A stretch of 64,000 bases of DNA. Source: an uncultured Actinomycetes bacterium. GTDB taxonomy: Bacteria > Actinomycetota > UBA4738 > HRBIN12. The notes below the pieces were generated by a model. That model had not been told where the DNA came from. It ran no database searches and saw only the letters and a list, made by a program, of their open reading frames with translations. Below are positions 1 to 8,761 of this stretch, piece after piece (position 1 is the stretch's first letter; each line of letters begins with the position of its first letter). The DNA lies in assembly GCA_963825635.1 (NCBI GenBank), contig CAWGTU010000001.1:1086259-1150258 (forward strand), given 5' to 3'. A program made the translations under genes and the position numbers.

Positions 1-486
1 ACCTACTCCCGATGCGTGTTACATCTGGGTCGACAAGGACTTCGCCCTCGCCCGCGGCTGGTACCAGGGTTACCCGAAGAAGCTCGGCCAGATCTGGATG
101 ACGCGCCCCGTCGCGGTCGGGAAGGCGGGCCCGCGGCTCCAGCCGGGGGGTCGATTCGGCGCCACGCTCGCCGCGAACGATCGGCGCCTCGCCGAGGTGA
201 CGCTCACCCTCACCGGCGAGAGCGACACCGGCGGGTTCGTGAACGCGCTGCCGATGCTGCACTCGCGGTACATGCCGAACATCGACCCGGCCGGTGCGGC
301 ACCGCTCGACGAGCTGGTGACGATGCGCTCGCGCGACGTCGAGCTCGGACCGGTCTACGTGGGCGAGCCGACGGTGACGCTCTTCGAGGCCCCCGCCGAG
401 GAGCTCGCGGCGCTGGAGCCGATCGAGACGATCGCCGGCTACTGGCGCCAGGTCGGCGCGACCTTCGCGGCGGCACCACCGTGTAG
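1..486 (+). CDS. Acetoacetate decarboxylase-like superfamily protein (5'-truncated; two apparent 1-nt frameshifts at ~19 and ~469)
   Basis: Joined frames read TYSRCV/YIWVDKDFALARGWYQGYPKKLG...WRQVGATFA/GGTTV*; GYPKK Schiff-base Lys motif of the ADC family; TAG at 484-486. Confidence 0.75.
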   Translation, partial: TYSRCVLHLGRQGLRPRPRLVPGLPEEARPDLDDAPRRGREGGPAAPAGGSIRRHARRERSAPRRGDAHPHRRERHRRVRERAADAALAVHAEHRPGRCGTARRAGDDALARRRARTGLRGRADGDALRGPRRGARGAGADRDDRRLLAPGRRDLRGGTTV

Positions 487-497
487 CCTCGGGCGTC

Positions 498-1256
498 ATG
501 CGACTCCTGCGCTTCCGTCACGGCGACCGCATCGCGACGGGCGTCGCCGAGACCGGCGACGACACGGTCCGCGTGCTCGGGGGGACGTTCTTCGAGGATC
601 CGCTGCCGACCGGCGAGGAGCTCGCGCTCGACGAGCTGCACCTGCTCGCGCCGGTGCTGCCCTCCAAGCTCGTCTGTGTCGGCAAGAACTACGAGGCGCA
701 CGCCGCCGAGTGGGGCCAGACCGTGCCCGAGGAGCCGCTGCTGTTCCTCAAGCCCTCGACGGCCGTGCTCGGGCCGAACGACGCGATCACGCTGCTGCCG
801 ATCAGTCGGCGCATCGACTACGAGGGCGAGCTCGTGGTCGTGATCGGCCGCCTCGCCAAGGACATCAGGGCCGAGGACGCCTACCGCGTGATCCTCGGCT
901 ACACGTGCGGGAACGACGTCACCCTGCGGACCCTGCAGAAGACCGACGACCAGTGGGCGCGCGCCAAGGGCTTCGACGGTTCCGCGCCGATCGGTCCGTG
1001 GATCGAGACCGACCTCGACCCCAACGACGTGGTCGTCGAGGCGCGGCTCAATGGCGAGGTCCGCCAGCGCGCGAGCACCGTCGACATGGTCTTCGGCGTC
1101 GCGACCCTGATCGAGTACATCACCTCGTTCATGACGCTCTTGCCCGGCGACATGATCATGACCGGCACCCCCGAGGGCGTCGGCAAGCTCGCGCCCGGCG
1201 ACGTGGTCGAGGTCGAGGTCGACGGCGTCGGCACGCTCGCCAACGCGGTGCGATGA
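498..1256 (+). CDS. Fumarylacetoacetate hydrolase family protein
   Basis: GKNYxAH, FLKP, DYEGEL, GNDVT, AKGFD, TGTPEGVG motifs; overlaps gltX start (ATGA). Confidence 0.93.
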   Translation: MRLLRFRHGDRIATGVAETGDDTVRVLGGTFFEDPLPTGEELALDELHLLAPVLPSKLVCVGKNYEAHAAEWGQTVPEEPLLFLKPSTAVLGPNDAITLLPISRRIDYEGELVVVIGRLAKDIRAEDAYRVILGYTCGNDVTLRTLQKTDDQWARAKGFDGSAPIGPWIETDLDPNDVVVEARLNGEVRQRASTVDMVFGVATLIEYITSFMTLLPGDMIMTGTPEGVGKLAPGDVVEVEVDGVGTLANAVR

Positions 1257-2698
1257 GCGGCGCGACGGTCCGCTGCCGGTTCGCGCCCGCGCCGAGCGGG
1301 TCGCTGCACGTCGGGAACGTCCGCAGCGCGCTCTTCTCGTGGTTGTTCGCTCGCCACCAGGGCGGTGCGTTCGTCCTGCGGGTCGAGGACACCGACGCGA
1401 GCCGCGTCACCGAGGAGGCCGTCGCCGGCGTGCTCGAGGACCTGCGGTGGCTCGGCATCGACCACGACGAGGGACCCGACGTCGGCGGGTCGCATGCTCC
1501 GTACCGCCAGTCCCAGCGCCTCGACCTCTACCGGGAGCACGCGGATCGGCTGCTCGCCCAGGGCGACGCGTACCGCTGCTACTGCACGTCCGAGGAGCTG
1601 GAGGATCGCCGGAAGGCCGCGATGGCCGCGGGAGAGGCCCCCGGGTACGACGGCCACTGCCGTGACCTCACCGCCGAGGCGATCGCGGCGTTCGAGGCCG
1701 ACGGACGGGAGTCGGTCGTGCGGTTCCGCATGCCCGACCACGAGTGGGTGGTCGACGACGTCGTGAAGGGCGAGGTGCGCTTCGCGGCCGGTCAGCTCCG
1801 CGACTTCGTGTTGTTGCGCTCCGACGGCTCGCCCGTCTTCCTGCTGGCCGTGGCCGTCGACGACATGCTGATGGACATCACGCACGTCGTGCGCGGCGAC
1901 GACCTGCTCGCGAGCGCCCCTCGAAACGCCGCGGTGATCCAGGCGCTGGGCGGCACGCCGCCCCGGTACGCGCACGTTCCGCAGGTGCTCGGTCCCGATC
2001 GCCAGCCGCTCTCGAAGCGTCACGGCTCGACCAGCGTCGAGTCGTTCCGGGAACAGGGGTTCCTGCCCGAGGCGATCATGAACTACCTCGCCCTGCTCGG
2101 GTGGTCGCCGGGCGACGACCGCGAGGTGCTCTCGCGCGACGACCTGATCGAGGCATTCGATCTCGAGCGCGTCTCGTCGAACCCGGCCGCCTTCGACACC
2201 GAGAAGCTGACCTGGCTGAACAACCGCTACATCCAGTCGCTCGACGACGACGACCTCGCCGCTCGCTGCCTGCACTTCCTCACCGAGGACGGCTTGATGC
2301 CCGACCCGGCCACGCTGCGCTCGGCGATGCCCCTCGTGAAGGAACGCATGAAGACCCTGACCGAGGCCCCGGTGCTGCTGCGGTTCCTGTTCACGGACGA
2401 CCTCGAGCTGAACGAGAAGGCGGCCGGCTTGGTCGCCAAGGCGCCCGACGGGTACCTGGCGCGGGCCGCCGACGCCCTCGAGGGCGCCGTCCCCTGGACC
2501 GCCGGTGCGATCGCCGAAACGCTCGACGCGCTGGGCGAGGGCGAGGGGCTCAGCCGCACGAAGGCGTTCCAGCCCGTGCGCGCTGCCGTGACGGGGTCGA
2601 ACGTGTCACCGCCCCTGCCCGAATCGCTCGAGCTGCTCGGCCGTGAACGCACGCTCGAGCGGCTGCGGCGCGTCGCTCCGCCGACAACTAGTCCATAG
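1253..2698 (+). CDS. gltX: Glutamate--tRNA ligase
   Basis: RFAPAPSGSLHVGN (HIGH), LRVEDTD, YRCYC, LSKRH (KMSKS); true start ATG 1253 within ORF 98..2698. Confidence 0.96.
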   Translation: MSGATVRCRFAPAPSGSLHVGNVRSALFSWLFARHQGGAFVLRVEDTDASRVTEEAVAGVLEDLRWLGIDHDEGPDVGGSHAPYRQSQRLDLYREHADRLLAQGDAYRCYCTSEELEDRRKAAMAAGEAPGYDGHCRDLTAEAIAAFEADGRESVVRFRMPDHEWVVDDVVKGEVRFAAGQLRDFVLLRSDGSPVFLLAVAVDDMLMDITHVVRGDDLLASAPRNAAVIQALGGTPPRYAHVPQVLGPDRQPLSKRHGSTSVESFREQGFLPEAIMNYLALLGWSPGDDREVLSRDDLIEAFDLERVSSNPAAFDTEKLTWLNNRYIQSLDDDDLAARCLHFLTEDGLMPDPATLRSAMPLVKERMKTLTEAPVLLRFLFTDDLELNEKAAGLVAKAPDGYLARAADALEGAVPWTAGAIAETLDALGEGEGLSRTKAFQPVRAAVTGSNVSPPLPESLELLGRERTLERLRRVAPPTTSP

Positions 2699-2707
2699 TG
2701 GACTAGT
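2687..2707. repeat. Perfect inverted repeat ACTAGTCCA-TAG-TGGACTAGT centred on the gltX stop codon
   Basis: 9-bp arms read directly from the sequence. Confidence 0.8.
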
Positions 2708-2722
2708 CGACCCCCCAGTGGC

Positions 2723-2750
2723 CTCAAGGAGGGCCCGCCCGGCCCCGATA
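2723..2750 (+). promoter_or_regulatory. Candidate sigma-28 (FliA/WhiG)-type promoter CTCA-N17-CCCGATA
   Basis: Resembles actinobacterial FliA-family CTCA-N15-17-GCCGA(T/A); ends 8 nt before ATG 2759. Confidence 0.35.
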
Positions 2751-2758
2751 CCCGCTCC

Positions 2759-3505
2759 ATGGGGGAGCGGACCGTCCGTCGGGCGAGCCTCGGGAGCATC
2801 GTGGCGATCGCCGTGCTGGTGACGGCCTTCTCGCCCGAGACGACGGTGTCCGTCGCCGCCACCCCCCGAACGGATCCGGCGTGGGACCTGCGTCCCCGGA
2901 TCATGTGGAAGCCGATCCCCTTCCCCGACCTGCGCAAGGACCAGATGGCCGCCTACTCCCAGCGGCACTACGGCAGGCGCGGGTGGCGCCTCGCGGATCC
3001 GGCGGTGATCGTGGAGCACGTCACCGGCGGTCCCTCGTTCGACCGCGCGTGGAACACGTTCGCCTCGAACGCTCGCGATCTCGGCGAGAAGCCGGGCACG
3101 TGCGCGCACTTCCTGATCGACACCGACGGCACGATCTACCAACTCGCCGATCGCGAGGTGCGATGTCGGCATTCGATCGGGTTGAACCACGTCTCCATCG
3201 GCATCGACCACGTCGGCCGCAGCGCGCATGACGTCCTGCGCAACCCGGCCGTGATGCGGTCGTCGTTGCGCCTCACGCTGTGGCTGATGGCCAGCTACGG
3301 CATCGAGGTGCGCAACGTGATCGGCGACGCCGAGAGCCTCGAGAGCCCGTACCGCCTGGAGCGATACGCCGCGTGGCGATGCATGACGCACGACGACCTC
3401 GGTCATCGCGCGATGCGGCGCTACCGCGATCGGCTGAGGGACGTCGCCCGTTCGAACGACGTCCCTGTCGGCCCATCGCCGGAGTGGGTCGACCCCCGCT
3501 GTTGA
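2759..3505 (+). CDS. Secreted N-acetylmuramoyl-L-alanine amidase (Amidase_2) family protein with atypical active site
   Basis: Signal peptide; IVEHVT, AHFLIDTDGTIYQL, RHSIG, SIGIDH, VIGDAES. Confidence 0.85.
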   Translation: MGERTVRRASLGSIVAIAVLVTAFSPETTVSVAATPRTDPAWDLRPRIMWKPIPFPDLRKDQMAAYSQRHYGRRGWRLADPAVIVEHVTGGPSFDRAWNTFASNARDLGEKPGTCAHFLIDTDGTIYQLADREVRCRHSIGLNHVSIGIDHVGRSAHDVLRNPAVMRSSLRLTLWLMASYGIEVRNVIGDAESLESPYRLERYAAWRCMTHDDLGHRAMRRYRDRLRDVARSNDVPVGPSPEWVDPRC

Positions 3506-3592
3506 TGCACCTTCCCTAGCCCGTCCGGGGTTCCGCAGATTGGCCCGACCGGCCGATGCGAGCCAGTCCGTGACCGCCTAGAGTCCCGCTTC

Positions 3593-4933
3593 GTGAACGG
3601 TCCGCTGCGTGGGCGCGATTTCCGGCTGCTCACGCTGTCCACGGGTCTCTCGGCGCTCGGCGACGAGCTGGCACTGATCGCGCTCACGATCAAGGTGGCG
3701 GATCTCACCGGCTCCGGATGGGCGGTCGCGGCGTTGCTGCTGTGCGGGGTGCTGCCGCTCGTGATCTTCGCGCCGGCGGCCGGAGTGATCGTCGACAACT
3801 ACGAGACGCGCAGGACGCTCGCGATCGCCACGGCCATCCAGGCCGCCCTGGCCGTGGGGCTCGCGTTCTCGGGCGAGCTGCCGATGATCCTGATGCTCAC
3901 GTTCCTGCTCGGGACCGCCTCGGCCGTCGAGAACCCGTCGATCTACACCCTCGTGCCGCGGGTGGTCGGCGACGAACACGCCACCGAGGGGAACGCCTAC
4001 CTCGAGGGCGCCCGCTACACGGGCATGATCGCCGGCCCGGTGCTGGCGGGCTCGCTCGCGGCCGGGGTGGGCACCGAGGTCGCCCTGCTGGTCGACGCGG
4101 TCACCTTCGTCGTGATCGCGGTGGCGGCCCTGCTGCTCCGGGTGCGGCGCGCGGTCCCCGAGGAGACCCGGCTCGAGGAGGGCGCGGCCCGGCAGGGGTT
4201 CCGCGTGATCAGGGGTGACCGCGTGCTCGTGGTCGCGTTCACGGTGATCGGCGCGGTGATCCTCTTCGCGGCCATGGACAACGTGGCCGAGGTGTTCTTC
4301 GCGACCGACACGCTCGGCGTAGGTGCCTGGGGGTACGGGGTGCTCGCCTCCGCGTGGCTCGTGGGCATGGTGGGAGGGGCCACCCTGATCGCCCGCCGTC
4401 TGCGTGACGACCGACTGCTCTGGTCGATGGCGCTGGCCGCGGTGGTGAACGGCCTCGCGGTCTTCGCCGCGGCCGCCGCGGCGATGTTCCCGCTCGCGGT
4501 CGCCCTCTTCGTCGTGGGCGGCCTCGCGAACGGGGTGGAGACCGTCGCGATGCGGAGCCTGATCGTGCATCACGTCGCGGACCGGTTCCGCGGACGCGCG
4601 TTCGCCTCGTACGGCGCGTTGGTCAACGGCATGCAGATCGGCGCGACCGCGGCGGCCGGAGCGATCGTGGCCGGACTCGGCGGCCGAGCGGCGCTCCTGA
4701 TCGGCGGGGCGGGCACCGCGCTCGCCGGTCTCGCCGGGCTCATCGCCGCCCGATCGCTCGACCGGCGCGCGGTAGCGACGAGGGATGCGACCGCTGAGCG
4801 GGGGGCCACCGTGCACGTGCCCGAATCTCAGCCCGCGGCGGAGCCTCAGCGCCGGCCCGAGCCCGTGGCGGGGGCACCTCGCATCACTCGGCTTCCCGAG
4901 TCCGAGCCCGTGGAGCGTGTGATCGACCCCTGA
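3593..4933 (+). CDS. MFS transporter (macrolide-efflux/DHA3-like)
   Basis: LRGRDFRLL...LSALGD N-terminus, ~12 hydrophobic segments, RFRGRAF loop. Confidence 0.88.
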   Translation: MNGPLRGRDFRLLTLSTGLSALGDELALIALTIKVADLTGSGWAVAALLLCGVLPLVIFAPAAGVIVDNYETRRTLAIATAIQAALAVGLAFSGELPMILMLTFLLGTASAVENPSIYTLVPRVVGDEHATEGNAYLEGARYTGMIAGPVLAGSLAAGVGTEVALLVDAVTFVVIAVAALLLRVRRAVPEETRLEEGAARQGFRVIRGDRVLVVAFTVIGAVILFAAMDNVAEVFFATDTLGVGAWGYGVLASAWLVGMVGGATLIARRLRDDRLLWSMALAAVVNGLAVFAAAAAAMFPLAVALFVVGGLANGVETVAMRSLIVHHVADRFRGRAFASYGALVNGMQIGATAAAGAIVAGLGGRAALLIGGAGTALAGLAGLIAARSLDRRAVATRDATAERGATVHVPESQPAAEPQRRPEPVAGAPRITRLPESEPVERVIDP

Positions 4934-4964
4934 GCAGGGCCTCCACCTCGGGCTAGGCTCACGG

Positions 4965-7547
4965 GTGATGCCGGCGACCGAGACCATCGCCGGTCTGCGT
5001 GGCGCCGATGCCGCCGAGCGCCTGCGTCGCGACGGGCCGAACACGCTGCCCACGGCCGCCGGAGTGTCCTGGGCGCGGCGCCTCGCCGGTCAGCTCTTCC
5101 ACTTCTTCGCCCTGATGCTCTGGGCCGCGGCCATCCTCGCCCTGATCGCGGGGCTGCCGCAGCTCAGCGCCGCGATCGGGGTGGTGGTGCTGCTGAACGC
5201 GATCTTCGCGTTCGCACAGGAACGGCGGGCCGACCGGGCCGCCGAAGGACTGCGAGACCTACTTCCTCGCCGAGCGCTCGTGGTCCGCGACGGGGAGCCG
5301 ACCGAGATCGATGCTGCCGAGCTCGTCGTCGGCGATCTCGTGCTGTTGGAGGCCGGGGATCGCATCTCGGCCGATCTCGAGATCCTCGTGGCACACAGCG
5401 CCAGGGTCGACACCTCGACGCTGACGGGGGAGAGTCGCCCGGCGTCGCTCGAGGTTGGCGATCCGGCGTTGGCGGGCACGTTCCTGAGCGAAGGCGAGGC
5501 CCGTGGGGTCGTGACGGCGACCGGAGGGCGCACCCGGCTGGCCGAGATCGCGAGGTTGGCGTCGGGCCCATCGCCCGCACCTCCGCTCGTCGGCGAGATC
5601 CGGCGGGTCGTGCGCACGATCTCGGCCGTCGCCCTGGGCGTCGGCGTCTGCTTCTTCCTGATCTCGTGGGGTCTCGGCACCGACCCCCAGGATGGCTTCC
5701 TCTTCGCGGTGGGGGTCACGGTGGCCCTCGTGCCCGAGGCGCTCTTGCCGACCGTGACCCTGTCGCTGGCGATCGGCGCCCAGCGTATGGCCGACCGCAA
5801 CGCGCTCGTCCGCAGGCTCGAATCGGTGGAGACCCTCGGATCGACCACGTTCGTGTGTACCGACAAGACGGGAACGCTCACGCACAACGAGCTCACCGCG
5901 GTCGAGGTCTGGACCCCTCTGGGGGAAACGAGGATCGAAGGCTCCGGGTACGACCCGGCGGGGCGCATCGCCTCGGACGATCCCGACGTCGTCGGGGCGG
6001 TGAAGCGACTCGCCCGGGCGGCCGTGCGGTGCTCCACGGGGAAGGTCGTGCTGCAGGGGGAGCGATGGGTCGCGCTCGGAGATCCACTCGATGCGGCCGT
6101 CGACGCGTTGGCGCGCAGGACGGGCGTCGACCCCGAAGCCGACCGTGTGGCGCATCCCGACGTCAGGCGGTTCCCGTTCGACCCTCGGCGACGACGCATG
6201 TCGGTCGTCGTCGACCACGAGGTGTTCGTGAAGGGAGCTTCCGATGGGTTGCTGCCCCTGTGCGCCCCCGACGCCAAAGTCGAGGCGGCGCTGGCCGCGA
6301 TGACGGCGCGGGGGCTGCGGGTGATCGCGGTCGCGACACGTCTGGTGGGCGACGCCGACGACCCGGCCACGATCGATCGCGACGCGGCCGAACGCGAACT
6401 CGAGCTGCTCGGGTTGGTCGGCATGCACGACCCGCCGAGGGAACACGTCAACGAGTCGATCGAGTCGTGTCGGCGTGCGGGCGTGCGGGTAGCCATGATC
6501 ACCGGCGACCACCCGCGCACAGCCGACGCGATCGCTCGCCAGACGGGCCTCGCCATCGATGACGCCCCGGTGCTCGAGGGAGCAGATCTGCCGCAGGACG
6601 ACGCCGAGCTCGGGGAGCTCGTCGACCGTGACGGCGTGGTGCTCGCGCGCATCGAGCCCGAGGACAAGCTCCGCATCGCGCGGGCCCTCCGCGCCCGGGG
6701 CCACGTGGTCGCGATGACCGGCGACGGCGTGAACGACGCGCCCGCGCTGCGCGAGGCCGACATCGGCGTCGCGATGGGTCGCTCGGGCACCGACGTCGCG
6801 CGTGAGGCAGCTGACCTCGTGCTCCTCGACGATGACTTCGCCACGATCGTCGCGGCGATCGAGCACGGCCGGGGGATCTACGCCAACGTTCGGCGCTTCC
6901 TGACCTATCACCTCAGCGACAACGTGGCTGAGGTGACGCCGTTCATCGTCTGGGCGCTCTCGGGCGGATCGATCCCGCTGGCGCTCGGCGTGCTGCAGAT
7001 CCTCGCCCTCGACATCGGCACCGACACCCTGTCGGCGACCGCGCTGGGAGCGGAGCGGCCCGAGGGCCGGGTGATGAACGGGCCGCCCGATCGCGACCGG
7101 TTGCTGAACCGGGAGGTCGCCCGGCGTGCGTTCGGGGTGCTGGGGCCCACGGAGGCTCTGCTCACGATGACGGCGTTCTTCGTCTCGTTCCTCGCCGCCG
7201 GATGGAGACCGGGGGAATCCTTCCCCGGTGGTCAGGTGCTGCTCCAAGCCTCGGGCGCGGCCTTCGCCACGGTCGTGATCGCGCAGACCGCGAACGCCTG
7301 GGCGTGCAGGAGCACGACCCGATGGCCCGGCGCCCTCGGCTGGTTCTCGAATCGCATCCTCGTGTGGGGTGCGGGGGTCGAGCTCGCGATCGCCGGCGCC
7401 TTCCTGTTCGTGCCGGCGCTCGCCTCGCTGCTCGACCAGGCGCTGCCGTCGGCCGCGGGGTGGGCGGTCGCGCTGGTCGCGGCCCCGGCCGTGCTCGCGG
7501 TCGATGCCGCGTACAAGGCGGTCCGTCGGCGCCGAGCGCTGACTTGA
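4965..7547 (+). CDS. Cation-transporting P-type ATPase (type II-like)
   Basis: LTGES, VPEALLP, DKTGTLT, KGA, MITGD, TGDGVNDAPAL. Confidence 0.93.
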   Translation: MMPATETIAGLRGADAAERLRRDGPNTLPTAAGVSWARRLAGQLFHFFALMLWAAAILALIAGLPQLSAAIGVVVLLNAIFAFAQERRADRAAEGLRDLLPRRALVVRDGEPTEIDAAELVVGDLVLLEAGDRISADLEILVAHSARVDTSTLTGESRPASLEVGDPALAGTFLSEGEARGVVTATGGRTRLAEIARLASGPSPAPPLVGEIRRVVRTISAVALGVGVCFFLISWGLGTDPQDGFLFAVGVTVALVPEALLPTVTLSLAIGAQRMADRNALVRRLESVETLGSTTFVCTDKTGTLTHNELTAVEVWTPLGETRIEGSGYDPAGRIASDDPDVVGAVKRLARAAVRCSTGKVVLQGERWVALGDPLDAAVDALARRTGVDPEADRVAHPDVRRFPFDPRRRRMSVVVDHEVFVKGASDGLLPLCAPDAKVEAALAAMTARGLRVIAVATRLVGDADDPATIDRDAAERELELLGLVGMHDPPREHVNESIESCRRAGVRVAMITGDHPRTADAIARQTGLAIDDAPVLEGADLPQDDAELGELVDRDGVVLARIEPEDKLRIARALRARGHVVAMTGDGVNDAPALREADIGVAMGRSGTDVAREAADLVLLDDDFATIVAAIEHGRGIYANVRRFLTYHLSDNVAEVTPFIVWALSGGSIPLALGVLQILALDIGTDTLSATALGAERPEGRVMNGPPDRDRLLNREVARRAFGVLGPTEALLTMTAFFVSFLAAGWRPGESFPGGQVLLQASGAAFATVVIAQTANAWACRSTTRWPGALGWFSNRILVWGAGVELAIAGAFLFVPALASLLDQALPSAAGWAVALVAAPAVLAVDAAYKAVRRRRALT

Positions 7548-7758
7548 GACCTGTCGGTCGCAGGTCGATACTGACTGTATGACCCTGCGTTCCTTCGTGC
7601 ATCGCGTCGCCACACGCCTCCGGGGTCGTCCACTCACCGAGCACGAGCGTGACGTCGTTCGAGCGGAACAGCAGGGCAGCCTCAGGAGAGCCTGGAAGCA
7701 CTTCTCCAGCCGCGTCTGACATCACGCCGGCTCGATCCGGGCCGGATGCGCCGTGATC

Positions 7759-7834
7759 TGGTAGTCCCAACGGGATTTGAACCCGTGTCTCCACCTTGAG
7801 AGGGTGGTGTCCTAGGCCCCTAGACGATGGGACC
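7759..7834 (-). tRNA. tRNA-Glu(CTC)
   Basis: Reverse complement GGTCCCATCGTCTAG...CCACC-CT-CTC-AA-GGTGG...GGTTCAAATCC...GGGACTACCA; cloverleaf with encoded CCA. Confidence 0.96.
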
Positions 7835-7977
7835 GGGTCGTTCTGACCTCGGTATTCAGTTCCGCCTCGACCGAGCGGGCGCGTTCGTGGCCGAAGGCTC
7901 CCGCACGGCCAGACGCCGCGTCAGCGGCCGCCACAGTGTATCCAACCGTTCGTCGGACTCACGAGACGGCGGCCCGC

Positions 7978-8244
7978 TCAGCCTTCGTCGGTGGCGCGGG
8001 GCTCCGTGACGATGCGCACAACGACCTCGGTGGAGCGCGCTTTGGCCTCCTGGCTCGCACGGCGCTGCCGGAGCAGCCAGCTCCCGATGCCTGCGACGGT
8101 CGAAGCGCCGACCACAGCCCCGACGGCCGTCCTCGTGCTCCGGACCCGACCGGGCAACCGTGCCTCGAGCTCGGCGAGGTCGCGCTCGATCTGCGCCCTC
8201 GTCTGCTCGATCTCGTTCACGACGCGATCTGCTGCTTCGCCCAT
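7978..8244 (-). CDS. Small DUF3618-like membrane-anchored protein
   Basis: EIEQTRAQIERDLAELEARL plus a hydrophobic segment; overlaps the upstream holin-like gene, the usual pairing. Confidence 0.65.
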   Translation of the reverse strand: MGEAADRVVNEIEQTRAQIERDLAELEARLPGRVRSTRTAVGAVVGASTVAGIGSWLLRQRRASQEAKARSTEVVVRIVTEPRATDEG

Positions 8245-8657
8245 TCCAGGTCCTCCTTCACCGAAGCCGTTGTGCGCTCCACGCCGCTCGCCGTTCGCAG
8301 CGATCGACGCCCGACGAGGAAGGCGATCGCGCCGAGGGCGAGGCATACCACGGCCACGAGGAGCCGAGACGCCCACGCCGGCATCACGAGGTCGAGCGCG
8401 GCGACCCCGGCCGCCGCCAGGTAGACGACCACGAGCACGATGAACACGCCGCCGAGGCCGATGATGCCGATCCCGAGCGCCCGCTCGGACAGTGCCTGGG
8501 TCACCTCGAGCTTCGCGAGGGCGACCTCCTGGCGGAACAGCTGAGTGATGCCGTCGACCACGCTGCGCACGATCTCCGAGATCGAGCGGCGCTCGTTCGG
8601 CGAGCCGGACGGAGCGCCGTCGGGCGGCACTCCTGCTGCATCGGTTCCGACGTCCAT
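8217..8657 (-). CDS. Actinobacterial holin-X / phage holin family membrane protein
   Basis: RSISEIV...LFRQEVALAKLE, two TM helices, ERTTASVKEDLEW; SD GAGGAGG. Confidence 0.85.
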   Translation of the reverse strand: MDVGTDAAGVPPDGAPSGSPNERRSISEIVRSVVDGITQLFRQEVALAKLEVTQALSERALGIGIIGLGGVFIVLVVVYLAAAGVAALDLVMPAWASRLLVAVVCLALGAIAFLVGRRSLRTASGVERTTASVKEDLEWAKQQIAS

Positions 8658-8761
8658 GGTCCCCTCCTCTTCATCGACGGGCCGAGCTCCCGCGGCGCTC
8701 GGTGATCAGCGACATCGTCGCAGGGGATCGCGGTGGCCGCATCCGGCGAGCGAACGCGTGC

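Noticed and set aside
98-2698. 866-aa ADC-like/GltX fusion ORF
   Set aside because: The middle is off-frame Arg-rich translation over the FAH gene; caused by the apparent frameshift at ~469. gltX starts at 1253.
2687-7768. att-site duplication of the tRNA-Glu 3' end bounding an island
   Set aside because: Only TAGTCC is shared; too short, and no integrase is present.
7978-8657. Holin-like gene beside a tRNA as a sign of prophage
   Set aside because: Holin-X/DUF3618 pairs are ordinary chromosomal actinobacterial genes; no integrase, terminase or capsid nearby.
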